Origin: Octopus vulgaris
Taxonomy: Eukaryota
Assembly (NCBI GenBank): GCA_951406725.2
Contig: OX597827.1
Location: forward strand, 26,660,001 to 26,724,000
DNA: 64,000 bases
Direction: 5' to 3'
The position numbers were made by a program, and so were the translations under genes. The notes beneath the pieces are model-generated. The model had not been told where the DNA came from, made no database searches, and saw only the letters and a list, made by a program, of their open reading frames with translations. This document shows positions 40,756-56,805 of the stretch, piece by piece (position 1 is the stretch's first letter; each line of letters begins with the position of its first letter).

Positions 40756-42325
40756 AGTTGTCGATTTCTTTTTGTGTATTTTCAGGGTATTGTTGTGATT
40801 GTTGTTGTTGTTAAGCATAGAAAAACGTCATCAAAATATAAAAACCCGAAAATAAGTACTTGGCACTAAACTCAGAAAATCTTACCCCTATAAGAAATTG
40901 TAGTTTGGGAATAATTGAAAAAGATGCTGAAAATTGGGGAACCAAAACTTGTAAAGAGATATACGTTATGCAACAATATACAGATTCTAGAACTGCCAGG
41001 AACCGTACACATATCACAGGACAATTCTCATCTATTTATTCATTTTGTAAAGCGTTAACACAATGAGAGATGCAACAACAAGAACAAGAATAATTGTAAC
41101 ATCGACGATGACGATGGCAAAAGCAACGGCAAGATCAACAACATTTGAAGAATTGTTAGCCGAACGAAACGACATTTTGAAGATACCCGAAACAATTCCG
41201 TAAGAGTAAATATGTTTTGTATATCACCACATTACATGCACACACACACACACACACACACGCTTATATGCACACTCACACACACTTGCACACACACGCA
41301 TACACACACGCATACACACATACGCATACACGCATACATATACAGTCACACACACATAAACATACACACACACTCAAATACATGCACACTTACACACACA
41401 CGCATATACACACACGCGCGCATACACGCATACACATACAGATACATACATACAGGCATACATACACATACACACACATATACACACACATACTTATACA
41501 CACATACTATCTCTCACACTCATACACACAAACCTTCACAAATATATACACTCACCTACATGCACACGCACGCACACACGTACACTCACATAACGCATTC
41601 ACACACACTGACTTCCACACTTATGCATTCGGACACACACACACACGCGCGCACCCGTATTGCGTGTGTTACATTTGCAGAAGCCGTATAAGTTTGTACA
41701 AGTTTCCTATTTCGCATGAAGATCTGATCTAACATTGCCAAAGGAATGAAAAGAGAAGCAAACGGACAAATCCTTTCTTTCGCTAAAACAAACCTTGCTT
41801 CCTCGAGTATTTATTCTTCAGTTGGTTTGGCCAGGACTTCTTCCTCACAATCCCATCTCATCAAATCGCTGTTATTTGAACGATTAAAGAAGCGGGATGG
41901 CTCAAAGTCACAGGCAACCCAAGGCTACCTATATCCACACTGAACGTACGTACGTATGTATTTTTATATACGTATGTACTTATGTAGCGTTCGTATCACT
42001 GTATGTGTATAACTGTTAGTATATGTAAGGTATATATGTGTATGTTTTTATTTATGCATATATATATATATATATATATGCAAAAACCTATTTGGTCCTT
42101 ATAACGACATACAGTTATATATGCACGACATACAGTTATACATACATACATACATACATACACACATACATACATGCCTATATATATATATATATATGAA
42201 TTTTATGTAAAGAATAAGACCATTTAGAATAACAATTATATCAAGAGACCCGCTTGGAAAAAACCGTATAGGTAATAATTATTATAGGTATATAATATAA
42301 ATATAATTATACTTCTTTGGTGCCC

Positions 42326-42401
<76 letters not shown>

Positions 42402-42509
42402 TATATATTGGTAAAACGGTAAGATAACAAAAGAAAGAAAGATACCTCAATATTATGTAAATAGAGGAAATTTATCTATACAATAATATGTTACATTACT
42501 CGATAGTCA

Positions 42510-42572
42510 AGATAAAACTCTGAGTTTCAGATGCCGAAGTGGAAATCCACAACACCATCTCTTCGGTTATCT
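42510..42572 (-). ncRNA. Hammerhead motif, U4C variant (left arm)
   Basis: Reverse complement of 43435-43497. Confidence 0.6.
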
Positions 42573-42900
42573 GGCTATTTGAAAACGCTATGAAAAAATA
42601 CCGTTATATAAAGGGAAATTACTGTGTTATAACTCTGCTTGCCTGCGTACTTATACATCGCTCGCATTTTTCGTCATAAAAATTATATAAAAAATACATA
42701 AAAAATATATAAAAATATATAAAAATATATAAAATATATAAAATCTTCTTGGGACATAACATAGAAAGCATGTTCTATCTGTTTTCTTTAGGGGACCAAA
42801 AACCTAGCAGAAATTTAGTCACATGTGGGCATGACTGTCCTTGTGTTTAGACATGTAGTAGGGTATAAGCTGCTTTTCCTGATAAGCCATCTCTCCATGT

Positions 42901-43199
42901 GGGAGAAATACGTGGGCCTTACAGAGGGTAATTTCAAGGCCAGGTTCAATAACCACACTTTGAGCTTTAGGCACTGGAACAAAAGAAAAGCGACACAATT
43001 ATCTAATCATATTTGGTCTTTAAGAGATAAAGGTGTCGATTATAACATACAATGGAAGATTTTGTCCAGATGTAAGCCCTATACCAACGGCAGCGGAAGG
43101 TGCGGTCTATGCGACATGGAGAGATGGCTTATCTGGAAAAGCAGCTTATACCCTACTACATGTCTAAACACAAGGACAGTCATGCCCACATGTGACTAA
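42901..43199 (+). pseudogene. PLE GIY-YIG endonuclease C-terminal fragment
   Basis: YVGLTEGNFKARFNNHTLSF...TQLSNHIWSL...IQWKIL...CGLCDME...LN. Confidence 0.88.
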
Positions 43200-43434
43200 A
43201 TTTCTGCTAGGTTTTTGGTTCCCTAAAGAAAACAGATACAACATGCTTTCTATGTTATGTCCCAAGAAGATTTTATATATTTTTATATATTTTTATATAT
43301 TTTTTATGTATTTTTATATAATTTTTATGACGAAAAATGCGAGCGATGTATAAGTACGCAGGCAAGCAGAGTTATATTACACAGTAATTTCCCTTTATAT
43401 AACGGTATTTTTTGTATAGCGTTTTCAAATAGCC

Positions 43435-43497
43435 AGATAACCGAAGAGATGGTGTTGCGGATTTCCACTTCGGCATCTGAAACTCAGAGTTTTATCT
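43435..43497 (+). ncRNA. Hammerhead motif, U4C variant (right arm)
   Basis: Stem I AGAUAA/UUAUCU, CCGAAGA, stem II GAUG/CAUC plus extra U, GAAA, stem III ACUC-A-GAGU, GUU triplet. Confidence 0.6.
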
Positions 43498-43523
43498 TAA
43501 CTATCGAGTAATGTAACATAATT

Positions 43524-43565
<42 letters not shown>

Positions 43566-43634
43566 GTATGTATGTATGTATATAATATATGTATATATAT
43601 AATATATATATATATAATATGTATATAAAATTAC

Positions 43635-43930
43635 TCTTTCTGCAACAGCCTGGGTTTCAGGGGCCCACAGCTTTTTTAATATTCTTCCAAAGAGCCTGAG
43701 GAACCTGCACAAAGTAGATGTAGGTGTTTTTAAATCAAAGCTGAACTTCTTCCTGTCGAGAGTCTCAGATGAACATACCTCACGGCAAGATGTGCAAATG
43801 AGGGTAGCTACATCAAACTCCATTCTTCACCAAGTGCCACATATTAGAGGAGGCCCTCAGTAATAACAGTGCAGCAAAACGTTGGTGCATCAGCATGGCC
43901 ACAGCTCTGAGCTGAAACTAGAGAAAAAAA
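43635..43930 (+). mobile_element. CR1-group LINE 3' fragment
   Basis: NSLGFRGPQLF/NILPKSLRNL..VGVFKSKLNFFLSRVSDE..RVATSNSILHQ, stop 43861-43863, short 3' UTR and A tail. Confidence 0.75.
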
Positions 43931-43937
43931 TATATAT

Positions 43938-44236
<299 letters not shown>

Positions 44237-44524
44237 CAGTGGTGCCCCAGCATGACCGCGGCCTTCGTGCTAGAACATTTTTAAGGATTTAAGGATATTG
44301 AAAGAGAGAGAGAAAGAAAGAGAGAGTGGTAGATAGATGAATAGATTGTTAGAGAGAGAGAGAGATAGAGAGGGAGAGAGATAGAGAGAGAGATATGCAG
44401 CTGTATGTCGTATATATATGAGCCAACTAGGTTTTTGCATGTTTTCTATTTCCTGTAAATTTATACGGACTATATAAGCACTATGGTGCACTTTGCTGCA
44501 ATGTGCATGCGTGTTTGCGTGCAT

Positions 44525-44571
<47 letters not shown>

Positions 44572-45450
44572 GTACTAGTGGCCTAAATTCTATGCTATTT
44601 TCTATACAGTACACTTAACATCAGACACTGGACAAGAGCTGCAGAAGAGAAGAATAGACGCTGATATCAGGCCATTTCGTTAGCTGTTCTTTGTTCGCAC
44701 CCAAATAATTCACATCGTTGCGAATATTTCTCTCTATCTTCATGTATGTATGTATGTATGTATGTATGTATGTATGTATGTATGTATGTATGAATGTATG
44801 TATGTATGTATGTATGTATGTATGTATGTATGTATGTATGTATGTATGTATGTATGAATGTATGTATGTATGTATGTATGTATGTATGTATGTATGTATG
44901 TATGAATGTATGTATGTATGTATGTATGTATGTATGTATGTATGTATGTACGTACGTATGTCTGTATATATGTATGTACGTACGTATGTGTGCATGTATG
45001 TAGATGTGTGTATGTATGCAAGCAGATATGTATGTGTATATGCATTTATGTATGTTTGTATATGTGTATGTATGCATGTGCGTATGTGAGTTTGTATGTA
45101 TGTATGTATGTATGCGTGCATGTATGTGTATACGGATGTCTGTCTGTATTCGTGTATGTATATATATATGTTTGTGTATATTTGTTTATGTATGCTTATA
45201 TATGTATATACGTGTGTATGTATGTTTGTGTATGTTTGTGTGTGTTTGCGTGTCTATGTACATGCGTATATTGGTATGTTCATACGTTTGTATGTACGTA
45301 CGTACGTATATATGTATGCATGCATGCATGTATGCATGTATGTATGTATATCTCACTAATTTTACTCCAAAACTCTCCTCTTCGAATCAAAACTCCAGCA
45401 AGATCTTTCTTCCAATACCGCTTTTGCTTCCATTATATATATATATATAT

Positions 45451-45523
<73 letters not shown>

Positions 45524-45678
45524 CGTGCGTGTGTGTGTGTGTGTATTTGTCTGTATGGATATAGTGAAAAAGCTTAGCAGTCCATAATATGCGTTTAGAA
45601 GTCAATGAATGTGCAGTGCAGGGTGTTGGATATTTAACATTATAGTCAAACGAGGACATGGCATGTTTCCGCATCCCC

Positions 45679-45715
<37 letters not shown>

Positions 45716-45833
45716 TCTCTATTTATTTCTCTCTTGCTCTTCCTACATCTTGCTCACAGATGCACACAAATATACATATTTATGTATAAATATTTGTGTG
45801 AGTACATATACATACATACATACATACATATAT

Positions 45834-45913
<80 letters not shown>

Positions 45914-46098
45914 AAATATACATATATATATATACACACATGCGTATATATATATGTATATATATGTGTGTGTGTGTGTGCACATCCAGAGACACAGAAA
46001 ACCATGCGCATATACACGATGTAAAATACACGTGTATGTGTTCGTGTGTATGTATAATATACGCATGTACACACACGCACACACACACACACAACACA

Positions 46099-46146
<48 letters not shown>

Positions 46147-46173
46147 CATATATAGACATATAAAGACACATAC

Positions 46174-46244
<71 letters not shown>

Positions 46245-46735
46245 AATGGATACACACAGGCGCATATAAACTCGTACGAACACAAATACACACATACCGA
46301 TTCACAAGCATTGAAATCCAAACAGATCCCCCCTCTCCAAGGAAGTATATGAACCTTAAGTACCGTACGTGAACGTCGTACATGCTCGTTTATTAGAATT
46401 TAGAGAGAAAAGATGCTTTTCTCCGATAAAAAAACATTTCACGTTAAAAGCTCTATTTACGCTTTGCTTATCCAAGCGGAAATAAACCTATTAGGGCGTC
46501 ACGTGTAATCAGTGAGGCTAAAAGTGCCTTTAGCTTTGTTGGCTGTCTTATATATTATACCTTATCGCAAGGACTTGATATCATGGTTTATAATTTAGGG
46601 AATGTATATACATGCTTGCGTCTGTGTGCGTGTGTTTATGTATTTATACATATATATGCGTATATATATATATATATATATATATGTGTATGTGTGTGTA
46701 TACATATATATATAAATATAAATATATATATATGC

Positions 46736-46788
<53 letters not shown>

Positions 46789-47339
46789 CGTGTGTATATA
46801 TACAGATATATATATCTATATATATGCATAGGTATGTTCACATGCAAGTTTATTCCTATTTTTCATTCTGTCTCTATCTATCACTCTCTCACTCTATGTA
46901 TTCCTCTCTCTTTCTCTCACTCACTCTCTCTTTCTCTCACTCTGTCTCTACTAATACACACACAGACACACACTCGCATATGCATTCATATGTAGACCAC
47001 ACTATAGTTGAACACTTAAGGAATTTACTTCGTAACCATGAGGTACTGCGTACGTTCCTACCTTTTGGCTGGCTAGAGTAAAGGTTATTTTCCATGTTCC
47101 TGGGCCACTCATAACCCATAAGAATAATGCTATAAGCGAAGCCTGTATAGAATCTCTTTGAGGTATTTGTATTTGATGTCATTATATATGTCCCTAATTC
47201 AATATGGCAATTACGTTAACGGCAAGCACGTCTCTTGACTGCTGATCCCCTTTCAGGCTCATTCAGGGGCAGTTAACTCTGTTAATCGAGCACGTAAATC
47301 CTCGTTGTCAAACGATGGCATTGTTTCCTATATAAACAA

Positions 47340-47450
47340 AATAGTATCTGAAAATTGTTCTCTTAAAAAATGACAGGCACGTTCTAGCTATGTTATATCT
47401 TAGAGTTGTTTACAGGGTGGATTGAACCATATAAATAATCCACTTTCATG
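47340..47450 (-). pseudogene. Possible PLE linker remnant
   Basis: IWFNPP motif, typical of the PLE RT-endonuclease linker; little further support. Confidence 0.35.
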
Positions 47451-47503
47451 TAGTGATGGCCGTGTGTGGATGATGGTGGTAGCGATTGTGCTGATAGGGG
47501 TGA

Positions 47504-47576
<73 letters not shown>

Positions 47577-47595
47577 GGTGGTGGTGGTGGTGGTG

Positions 47596-47669
<74 letters not shown>

Positions 47670-48080
47670 TGTAGTTATAGTAGTAGTGGTAGTAACAGAG
47701 GTGTTATTGCTGGTGGCAACACTGGTGTTGCTGTTTTTGATTGGCATGGTGATGTTGATGGTTGCTATTCAAAAAAATAGGGGAGAAAGGTTCACAATAA
47801 ATATTGTTATGAAAAATTATAAGAGGAAAAACGTCTTAGAATGTTTGTTATTCTGTAAAATGAAATCAACAATAACAAAAACAAACTGAATGCTATAATT
47901 CGTAAAATTGTTCCTTATAAAAGTTTATCTTGAAGGCAAGAAACTTATTAAAATTCCATAATAAGATAATTTAATCAGCAGAAGAGGAAAGTATTCGAAA
48001 ATTCGCTCTCTAACTTTTTCTTTAACTCTCTCGCTTTCTTAAGCGCTTTTTTCCTTCTTCACTTGCTTACATCATATCTG

Positions 48081-48160
<80 letters not shown>

Positions 48161-48301
48161 GAGGGAAAGATGGATAGAGAGATAGAAAGAAAGACAGATA
48201 GATAGATTGAAAGATAGGTATGTTTGTGCATTTTGCGATGCGTACCTTGTGCTTGTATGAATACAGAAATAGATTTACGTGCATGTGCGTGTGTATGTAT
48301 G

Positions 48302-48438
<137 letters not shown>

Positions 48439-48505
48439 GTATATATATATATACATATATATATATGTGTATATATTTATATATAAATGTATATATATAC
48501 ATATA

Positions 48506-48539
<34 letters not shown>

Positions 48540-48600
48540 CATATATATATTTATGCATATATATGTACATACACACACACACATATATATACGACACATA

Positions 48601-48650
<50 letters not shown>

Positions 48651-49487
48651 GTGCATGTGTTATGGTTCTCTGTGTGTGTGGAGGGAAAAAGAATTTATAG
48701 AGTTGGACAAAATAATGTATACCACTTTATTGTCTTCTTTGCGTATGTGGGTTCAAATTCTGCTCTCGGCGTGTTTCCTTTAATCATTTCTCTTCCTTTC
48801 GTGTATTTTCATTGTGCACACTCCTTGATTGTTATCATTTCGCTTCCGTTTTCTAATCCGTTTTCATCACACGCTCTGCTTCTCTAACTTCATTTTCTGT
48901 TTACTTGTTTCTCTCTTCCATTCACTTTTCGAAATTTTCATACGAATTACCAATCTCTATTTCTCTCCATATACATGCACACATCTTATATGTACGTATG
49001 TATGCATGTTTCATCCTTTAGGAGGAATAGTTGTTTGTTGCTTCTCGTGTCACGCGTGGCTCATTAGGGCCGGTTTCGAACAGAAATGCGCATGTAGTAA
49101 CACCATCATCACACCTGGATGAATTTTATCCGCTACTGATATATTTCTGTATTTCGTTAAGCTGTACAATTTTGAGAAATGCTATCTCAGGACGAATACA
49201 GCAGTAAATCAGGCTTTCAATAATGTACCTACTTTAAGTATGAGACAGAGATAGCTATGGCGTGTTCCGCAAATTTTTTTTTTATAAAAGTAAGTTTTCT
49301 ATTTGATATGAGTCTTTTCTTTGTGTTCAATCGATGATATTTAACAGAATATCTTTAACATTTGGTGACACTTTGTAGACCGAAAGAACGGGCAATAAAG
49401 ACAATATTGAAAATGACAATAATAATATCGGTTCTCTGTCGTTCTACGATGAGGATTCATTCTTTTGATTCACTGAATTACCATACC

Positions 49488-49716
49488 TATTTCTTTACTA
49501 CTCACAAGGGGCTAAACGCAGAGGGACAAACAAGGATAGACATAGGAATTACGTCGATTACATCGACCCCAGTGCGTAACTGGTACTTAATTTATCGACC
49601 TCCGAGAGGATGAAAGGCAAAGTCGACCTCGGCGTAATTTGAACACAGAACGTAGCAGTAGACGAAATACTGCTAAGCATTTCGCCCGGCGTGCTAACGT
49701 TTCTGCCTGCTCACCA
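49488..49716 (-). mobile_element. SINE family A
   Basis: Reverse complement of the family head and core. Confidence 0.85.
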
Positions 49717-50278
49717 CTGAATTACCATACCCTGAATTAAAATATAAGGAGCTGAGTATTCCACAGATACTTTTAACATTAACGTAATTCACGAGCATAT
49801 TGAGCATACCAAAGTCTATGACAAAGTGCTAACTTTGAATAACAAGTTCAATTCATCCGACGGACTTCCATACAATTTCCGTCGATCTAATTTCACTGAC
49901 AAAGTTTAGGCCGACCGGCGTCTGCACTAAATCATATTTCCCTATGATACGATGCTGTGTGATCGAACCCGGAACCTTGTGATTGCTAAACGGACTTCTT
50001 GTCTGTTCAGTCGTAGTGTAGCTGCAAATGAAAATCAAGCAGCCATAGTAACAGTGTCAAAAGCAGAGAAAGACAATGCCGTCAACGCCATCACTAAAGA
50101 CACAATCATCACCACCACCACCACCACGTCCACCGTCAGCAATGCCACAACCACCCTCTGCACCACCACCAACATCACCATCACACCATTTCCATCTTCA
50201 AGTACAAGACTGAAAGAGCAATGTCAACCAGATATGACCCTATCTCCCCACCGTTTTACCATTCCAATATCGCTGCCA

Positions 50279-50345
<67 letters not shown>

Positions 50346-50349
50346 CATA

Positions 50350-50416
<67 letters not shown>

Positions 50417-50522
50417 TACATACACATAAATACACACATATATATATATTTATATATGCATACATACGCATACATATGTGCATGCACATACATACATATA
50501 TATATTATCTAATATTTACATT

Positions 50523-50570
<48 letters not shown>

Positions 50571-51512
50571 ATATATATATATATATATATATACACATAA
50601 TATCTAATAATATATATACATATATGTACGTATATATATGCTTGACAAGAGATGATTCTGACAAAAAGATGGCGGAAGGTGATCTGACAAAGACAACAAA
50701 AAAAAGAAAAGAAAAATGAAACGAAAAGAAAAATAATCTATAAAATAAAAGCATAATGCAAAAAGAAAAAGTAGTCGATCGCAGAAGAAACAATAGAAAA
50801 ATGTCGTCGAATAAGCTCTGCTTCTGTTGATGCTAATGTACTTGGTAGCCATTATCATCAACTCTCGTCTCTACGCGATGTATCCCTGTCTTCTTCCTAC
50901 ACTCTCAGTCGCATGTATTCTACTTGCTTGCTCGCTTGCTACTACCTATCTTACCTGCTGCTGAGACAAGGTATGGTTTTTACATTTTTGCATTGAGTGA
51001 GGTCAGGCTTCAAACGTTACAAGTCGGTTCTGCGGTGCTAGATCGATAGATCGATCGCAAGAGCTACTAGCTTACTTTTCTTACCGTGACTTCTCTAATG
51101 GAAAGAGGGAGATGCTGGAGGGGTGGTTAGTGATGTGTTTCTGATCGCCGTCTTCGTTGACACACACACACTCGTAAACACACATAAACAAACACACCTA
51201 CGCACACACGTACGCACACAGACATATATATATGCAGACATACGTGCATACATGCATACATTCGCATTTACACGCTCCCACATGCATTTTCTCATATATT
51301 GTAATACCGAGACAAGTATTGACATACAACTATCCAGATAAAACACACACACACATGCATAAACACACACACACATACACACACACATACACACACACGT
51401 ACACTCGTACAAGCGCATACTTTAATAGCACCACTTTTGCTACTTACGCAAAAATTTCTCTTTCTCTATGTCAACCACTCTTTTACTACAAATCTCTCTA
51501 TTTCTCTCTGTA

Positions 51513-51543
<31 letters not shown>

Positions 51544-51661
51544 TCGTATTTGCATGTTTGTACGTATGTATTTATGTTCGCGTTTAAGAATACAGAAGAA
51601 ACCATTAAGGAAATTATAATGTAATACAAACTATATAAATACACAAAATACAGTACTTATG

Positions 51662-51716
<55 letters not shown>

Positions 51717-51867
51717 TTACATACATACATGCATACATACATATGTGTGTATGTGTTTGTGTATGTATACATTCATATAAATACGTATATATGTATGCAT
51801 GTATGTATGTTTGTATGCATATATGAATGTATGTAAGTATTTATGCGTGTATATATGTATCTACGTA

Positions 51868-51947
<80 letters not shown>

Positions 51948-52059
51948 CGTATACGTTGGATAACGTAGATCAAGACATACTTCGACAACGATGGGATGGT
52001 CATGGTTGGCATATCCTTTGTCATAAGTGTACTTGTTTAACCCAGAATTTACCCTGGTT

Positions 52060-52575
52060 GCAAACAGAAACATGTTTATTCAGAGTTAGTAATATCTTTT
52101 TACTGCCTACCATCAGTTCCTCTAATCTATCCACCCGACCTTCATCACGTCACATGACTTACCTACCCGTCTACCAAGCTCCTAGCTTGATCTATTTCCC
52201 TGACGTCAGCATTTCACGTGATCCATGAACTGTATAAGCTGTTGACAAAGGTGTAGATATATTATTTTGGTTGTTTACCGATGGGCATGTTTTTTACGGG
52301 TACAGATTGTCCGTCGATATCTTTTTGTTTTGTAAAGTGTTTTGTTTTCCCGACGGGTGGATAAATTATTTGCAGTGTTTCTAGCAGGGTATATTCACAA
52401 TATAAGCGTAGTTAGCAGGGTAAATAAATTACTCGGCTATATTTTCAATTCACGTGATCTATATACTCACCTATCATAACTTACAGTGATATATCTACCC
52501 ACTTATTAACAACTAACATGATCTAGCTACCCGATTGTTTACACTACTCGTGCATCGAAACTTTACTTGATCTCT

Positions 52576-52641
<66 letters not shown>

Positions 52642-53800
52642 ACATCACTTCACACTGCCTAAATACCCCTATATCAAATTCTGACGTGATCTGCCTATAA
52701 TCGGGTGAATAGATTCTTTGAGCCATTTATCGATGGGTACATAAATCAAGTGTGCTGATATTAAATGATAGGTATGTGTATCACACGAACTGTTGATGGA
52801 CAGGTTTCTTCAGAAAGTGAACAGTTGATACATAAGTGGATAAATGCGAACCGTTTATGGATTGGTAGATAAACCATGTGAGTCGTTGTCAGACGGGTAG
52901 ATAGGTTATGTTGCTATATCACCAATTCACGTGGTGTATCGATCCGTATATTAACACTTCACGTGATCTACCTTCCTGACTATCAGCAGTTCACATAATC
53001 CATCTCTCCGCTTATCATGATGAGCCAATGAAAGAGACTCCATCCATAAGGTTAGAAACAGCAGCCAAATCTGTAAATCCCATCCTCTCGTCTTTAGTAA
53101 AATTGAAGGACCTCTCGGATTATCTGATCCTATGTAGATTGTATTTAAAAAATATCATTTAGAGCTACCTAGGGTTAATTAACAATTGTAACGACAAAGA
53201 ACCACCCCTTTCTTAACACCCCTAGTCATATGAAAATCAGTATGAGAGTAGCTCACTGGATCTTTCTACCCATCTTTGCACTAGTTCACATGACATATCC
53301 ACCCGTTTATCAAGAGCAATTGGTGTCACCAAAACAACAAGTTCATTGTTCTTCCTTGATTGCATCAGGAAGGAAATTTTTACTGAGCCTGCTAAAAATT
53401 GCAGCGAAATATGCTTCTAATCATTTCGAACTTTCTTAAAAATAAAAAGGGTATAATGGGAAATGTAATCTGAGGTACGCTATGTCTTCTTGATCAGGAT
53501 CTAATTGGCGCTAAACAATAACCTATTTATCATCGGTTTACGTAATCTAGTAACCACTCAGATGATCTACTAACCCCTCACGTGACCTATTAACGCCTCA
53601 TGTCACTCACCAACCCCTACAACAACTCATATTTGATCTCCTTGTCTCACTGCACCTTATTTTGTTTGTTTATTCGTCTGAAACATCTCATATAAATTAT
53701 TTACCTGTCTACCATGAGCTCACATAATCTATCTCTCCGCCTATCAAGAACTCACCTAAGCTGTCTACTTATCACTCTTAATTCATTATCAGTAGTCTTA
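52060..53800. repeat. Degenerate 32-bp minisatellite in alternating-orientation blocks
   Basis: TCAC starts at 52927/52959/52991 and 53720/53752; approximate unit tcacgtgatctacctacccgtctatcaacagt. Confidence 0.65.
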
Positions 53801-54404
53801 GTGAAGGGCATTTCTATAAGGATCTCTAATCTCTCGGCCAATGAACAGACTCTCCTGAACAACATGCAATACAATAATGCAACCCTCACCGGTAGCAACT
53901 TAGGTGAGAAAATTGTGTACTACGCTGAGACCGCCTTTAAGTCAACCTTCGGTGAACCTTGCTCTGTAGCAATCAATCTGGATCGTAGCCCGGAGTTCCT
54001 TCCGGTTTCAGAAGTGCAGGTATACACCGCCTGAGTGTCCAGGAACGGGATGAGTTGTCAAGACCCTTTGACTGAGAACGCGAGTCGAAGTCTAACCCTA
54101 GGTACGCCAGATCTGAACGTTGCGCTAGTTGTGACACTAATGTTCAGGCTATCCGGAAGGCTGTGGCTGAAGATGTAGCTGCTTAAGTGACACGTGGAGC
54201 CAGTCACGCTTCACACTTGCTAGTGGCGATGCAGACAGTAGGGGAACTGGTACACGCCATAGTATACTACACTCTTTTACGTCGCATCACCCACCAAAGA
54301 TGCCGGTGGTCACGCCTCTAGGAGTATGACACCCTACCCACCTGGCTACTTCTCGCTGCAGTTCAATTATTGGCCATGATAGGCGCAGAATAAGTGTGGC
54401 CGCT

Positions 54405-54585
54405 TCAGGAACTTTATAATGGTATAACCTCCTCCTCCGCAGTTCGGTGAAAAATAATGGTCAGACAGTTTTATTAGATTCTTAGAAGTAATTTTCCATC
54501 CCCAGCAGAGACTCTATGAAATAATTAATAAGAATACGGTCAAGCTGTCTTACTCTCCCACAACGAACCTTGGATCTATCAACAC
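54405..54585 (+). pseudogene. PLE linker remnant
   Basis: WYN..., then LYEIINKNTVKLSYSPTTNLGSI. Confidence 0.6.
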
Positions 54586-54616
54586 CTCTAAAAGGCTGAA
54601 GCTTCAGGGTCAGCTA

Positions 54617-54692
<76 letters not shown>

Positions 54693-54782
54693 TATATACA
54701 CACACACGTGCGTACGTGTGTATGCGTGTGTGTGTGTCTGGGTGTAAGTCCAGTAATTTTTAACTTAATACCAGTAACATAT

Positions 54783-54990
54783 AGGCTGCGAGTTGCCAGA
54801 TACGTTAGTCCGCCGAGTGAAATGCTTAGCGGTATTTCGTCTATCGTTACGTTCTGAGTTCAAATTCCGCCGAGGTCGACTTTGCCTTTCATTCTTTCGG
54901 GGTCGATAAATTAATTACCAGTTGAGTACTGGGGTCGATCTAATCGACTGGCTCCCTCCCCCAAACTTTCGGCCTAGAGTAGAAAAGAAT
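54783..54990 (+). mobile_element. SINE family A, single-core form
   Basis: Head, one core and tail. Confidence 0.85.
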
Positions 54991-56317
54991 ATCAGTAACG
55001 TATAGACATAAAGAGTCGGATGCGCACTCGTACAGCTCTATACATAAATATATAGACGCACATATACATACACACATATGTATATAAAAGAACTGCGATG
55101 CCCCTCACGAGTGACTCAAGAGTCTGCAGTTTCGCGCAACCAAATATTCAAATCTGAGTCCAATAAATGCATAGCACGAAATGATGCAACAAACACACAC
55201 ATTTGTGTATTCACACATAAATATGATATATACAAGCACATATAGAATAACTCGTGAACATATATATCGTCTTGATTAAATTGGTTTCTGGGTAGGGAAT
55301 AAAACTAGTAGGGAGACACGTGTCTAACAAATGGTGGATCATTTAAGGGCGCCAATAACTTAGAAGGAACACGCGTATCTTAAAAGCAGGAGGAACAATT
55401 AGAAGAAGGGTAGCGTTAGAATAGACACACGTATCCGACAATGGTTTCGATCTGGTTAATAAACGATGCGTCTACATAGACATGTCGATGCCGCGGTCCC
55501 TGGAGACGTGCGCATTCTTTAGAGATTAAAACATTAAAATTTATTTTGAGCAATACCAGAAATATATATTCTGAAGTGGAATTAATTAATCTATATATTT
55601 TTGCGTTGCGGTTGTGATGTAGAGATAGCTGCGTGGTGAAGCAGTTTGCTACGAAGTTTTCGTTTCGATCCCTCAGCGTGGAACCTTGCACGAAGGAATT
55701 TAAAATAGCCCCTAGTCGGCCAGATATTTGAGAGCTTCTCCGTACATCATCCTGAGATAAACCTGGATACATTATCAGTGAGAATTCTAGGGGTCATTTC
55801 ACGTTTCGGATCATTCGATCTCAGAGATTCTTGCTAGGATAACACAGGTGTTGGCTGGTCAAGCCCCAGTTTGTGTCCAGTTAGTCACATATCTGGTAGC
55901 ACTGCTCTTTCAAGGACTCTCACCATAGCCACCTTGAGGCACCTCCGCTGCCTCCACAACCACATTTTGGTAGACATAAACTGTGCGATATTTCGTTGAA
56001 GAAACTCACATAATTACTCGCATGCGCGAGAGTACGGTTTGGAAGCAACACCTGGTTTTTAGTGCCATTAACAGATACCATTCTGATACAAGTATGCGAA
56101 CCAGGTCCCAGTAAGTCATTACTCATAAGTCATTACTTATTCATATTTTCCCAGCAGTCTTGGAAACCATTTTCACGGCACCTCCAAGACTATTGGAGAG
56201 AAAGGCTTCTAATTAAATTATCTTTTCTACTATAGGCGCACCTGTCCAATTAAAAAAGTATGGATTCTCTCCATGGTATTTTTATTTTCTATGCTCTATG
56301 TAAATGTATTTGTTTGT

Positions 56318-56383
<66 letters not shown>

Positions 56384-56385
56384 GA

Positions 56386-56425
<40 letters not shown>

Positions 56426-56426
56426 A

Positions 56427-56537
<111 letters not shown>

Positions 56538-56757
56538 TAATCTATCTATCTCAGTGTGTGTGCCTGTATGTATATCTATCTACATGTATATATGTGTGCG
56601 TGTGCGTGCGTGTGTGTGTGTATCTATATATGTATATGTATACATGTTTATATGTTCGTATATTTATATTAACAAGAATAATCATCTTAATCTACACCAC
56701 TGTCACTCTCTCTGTTTCTCTCTCTCTCTATCTCTCTGTTTATACATGCATGTGTGC

Positions 56758-56805
<48 letters not shown>

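Larger units (their letters stand above)
42409..43527 (+). mobile_element. 5'-truncated Penelope-like element with inverted terminal repeat
   Basis: Arms 42481-42900 and 43114-43527 are near-identical inverted copies around a GIY-YIG segment; extension 42409-42480; (TA)n flanks. Confidence 0.9.
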
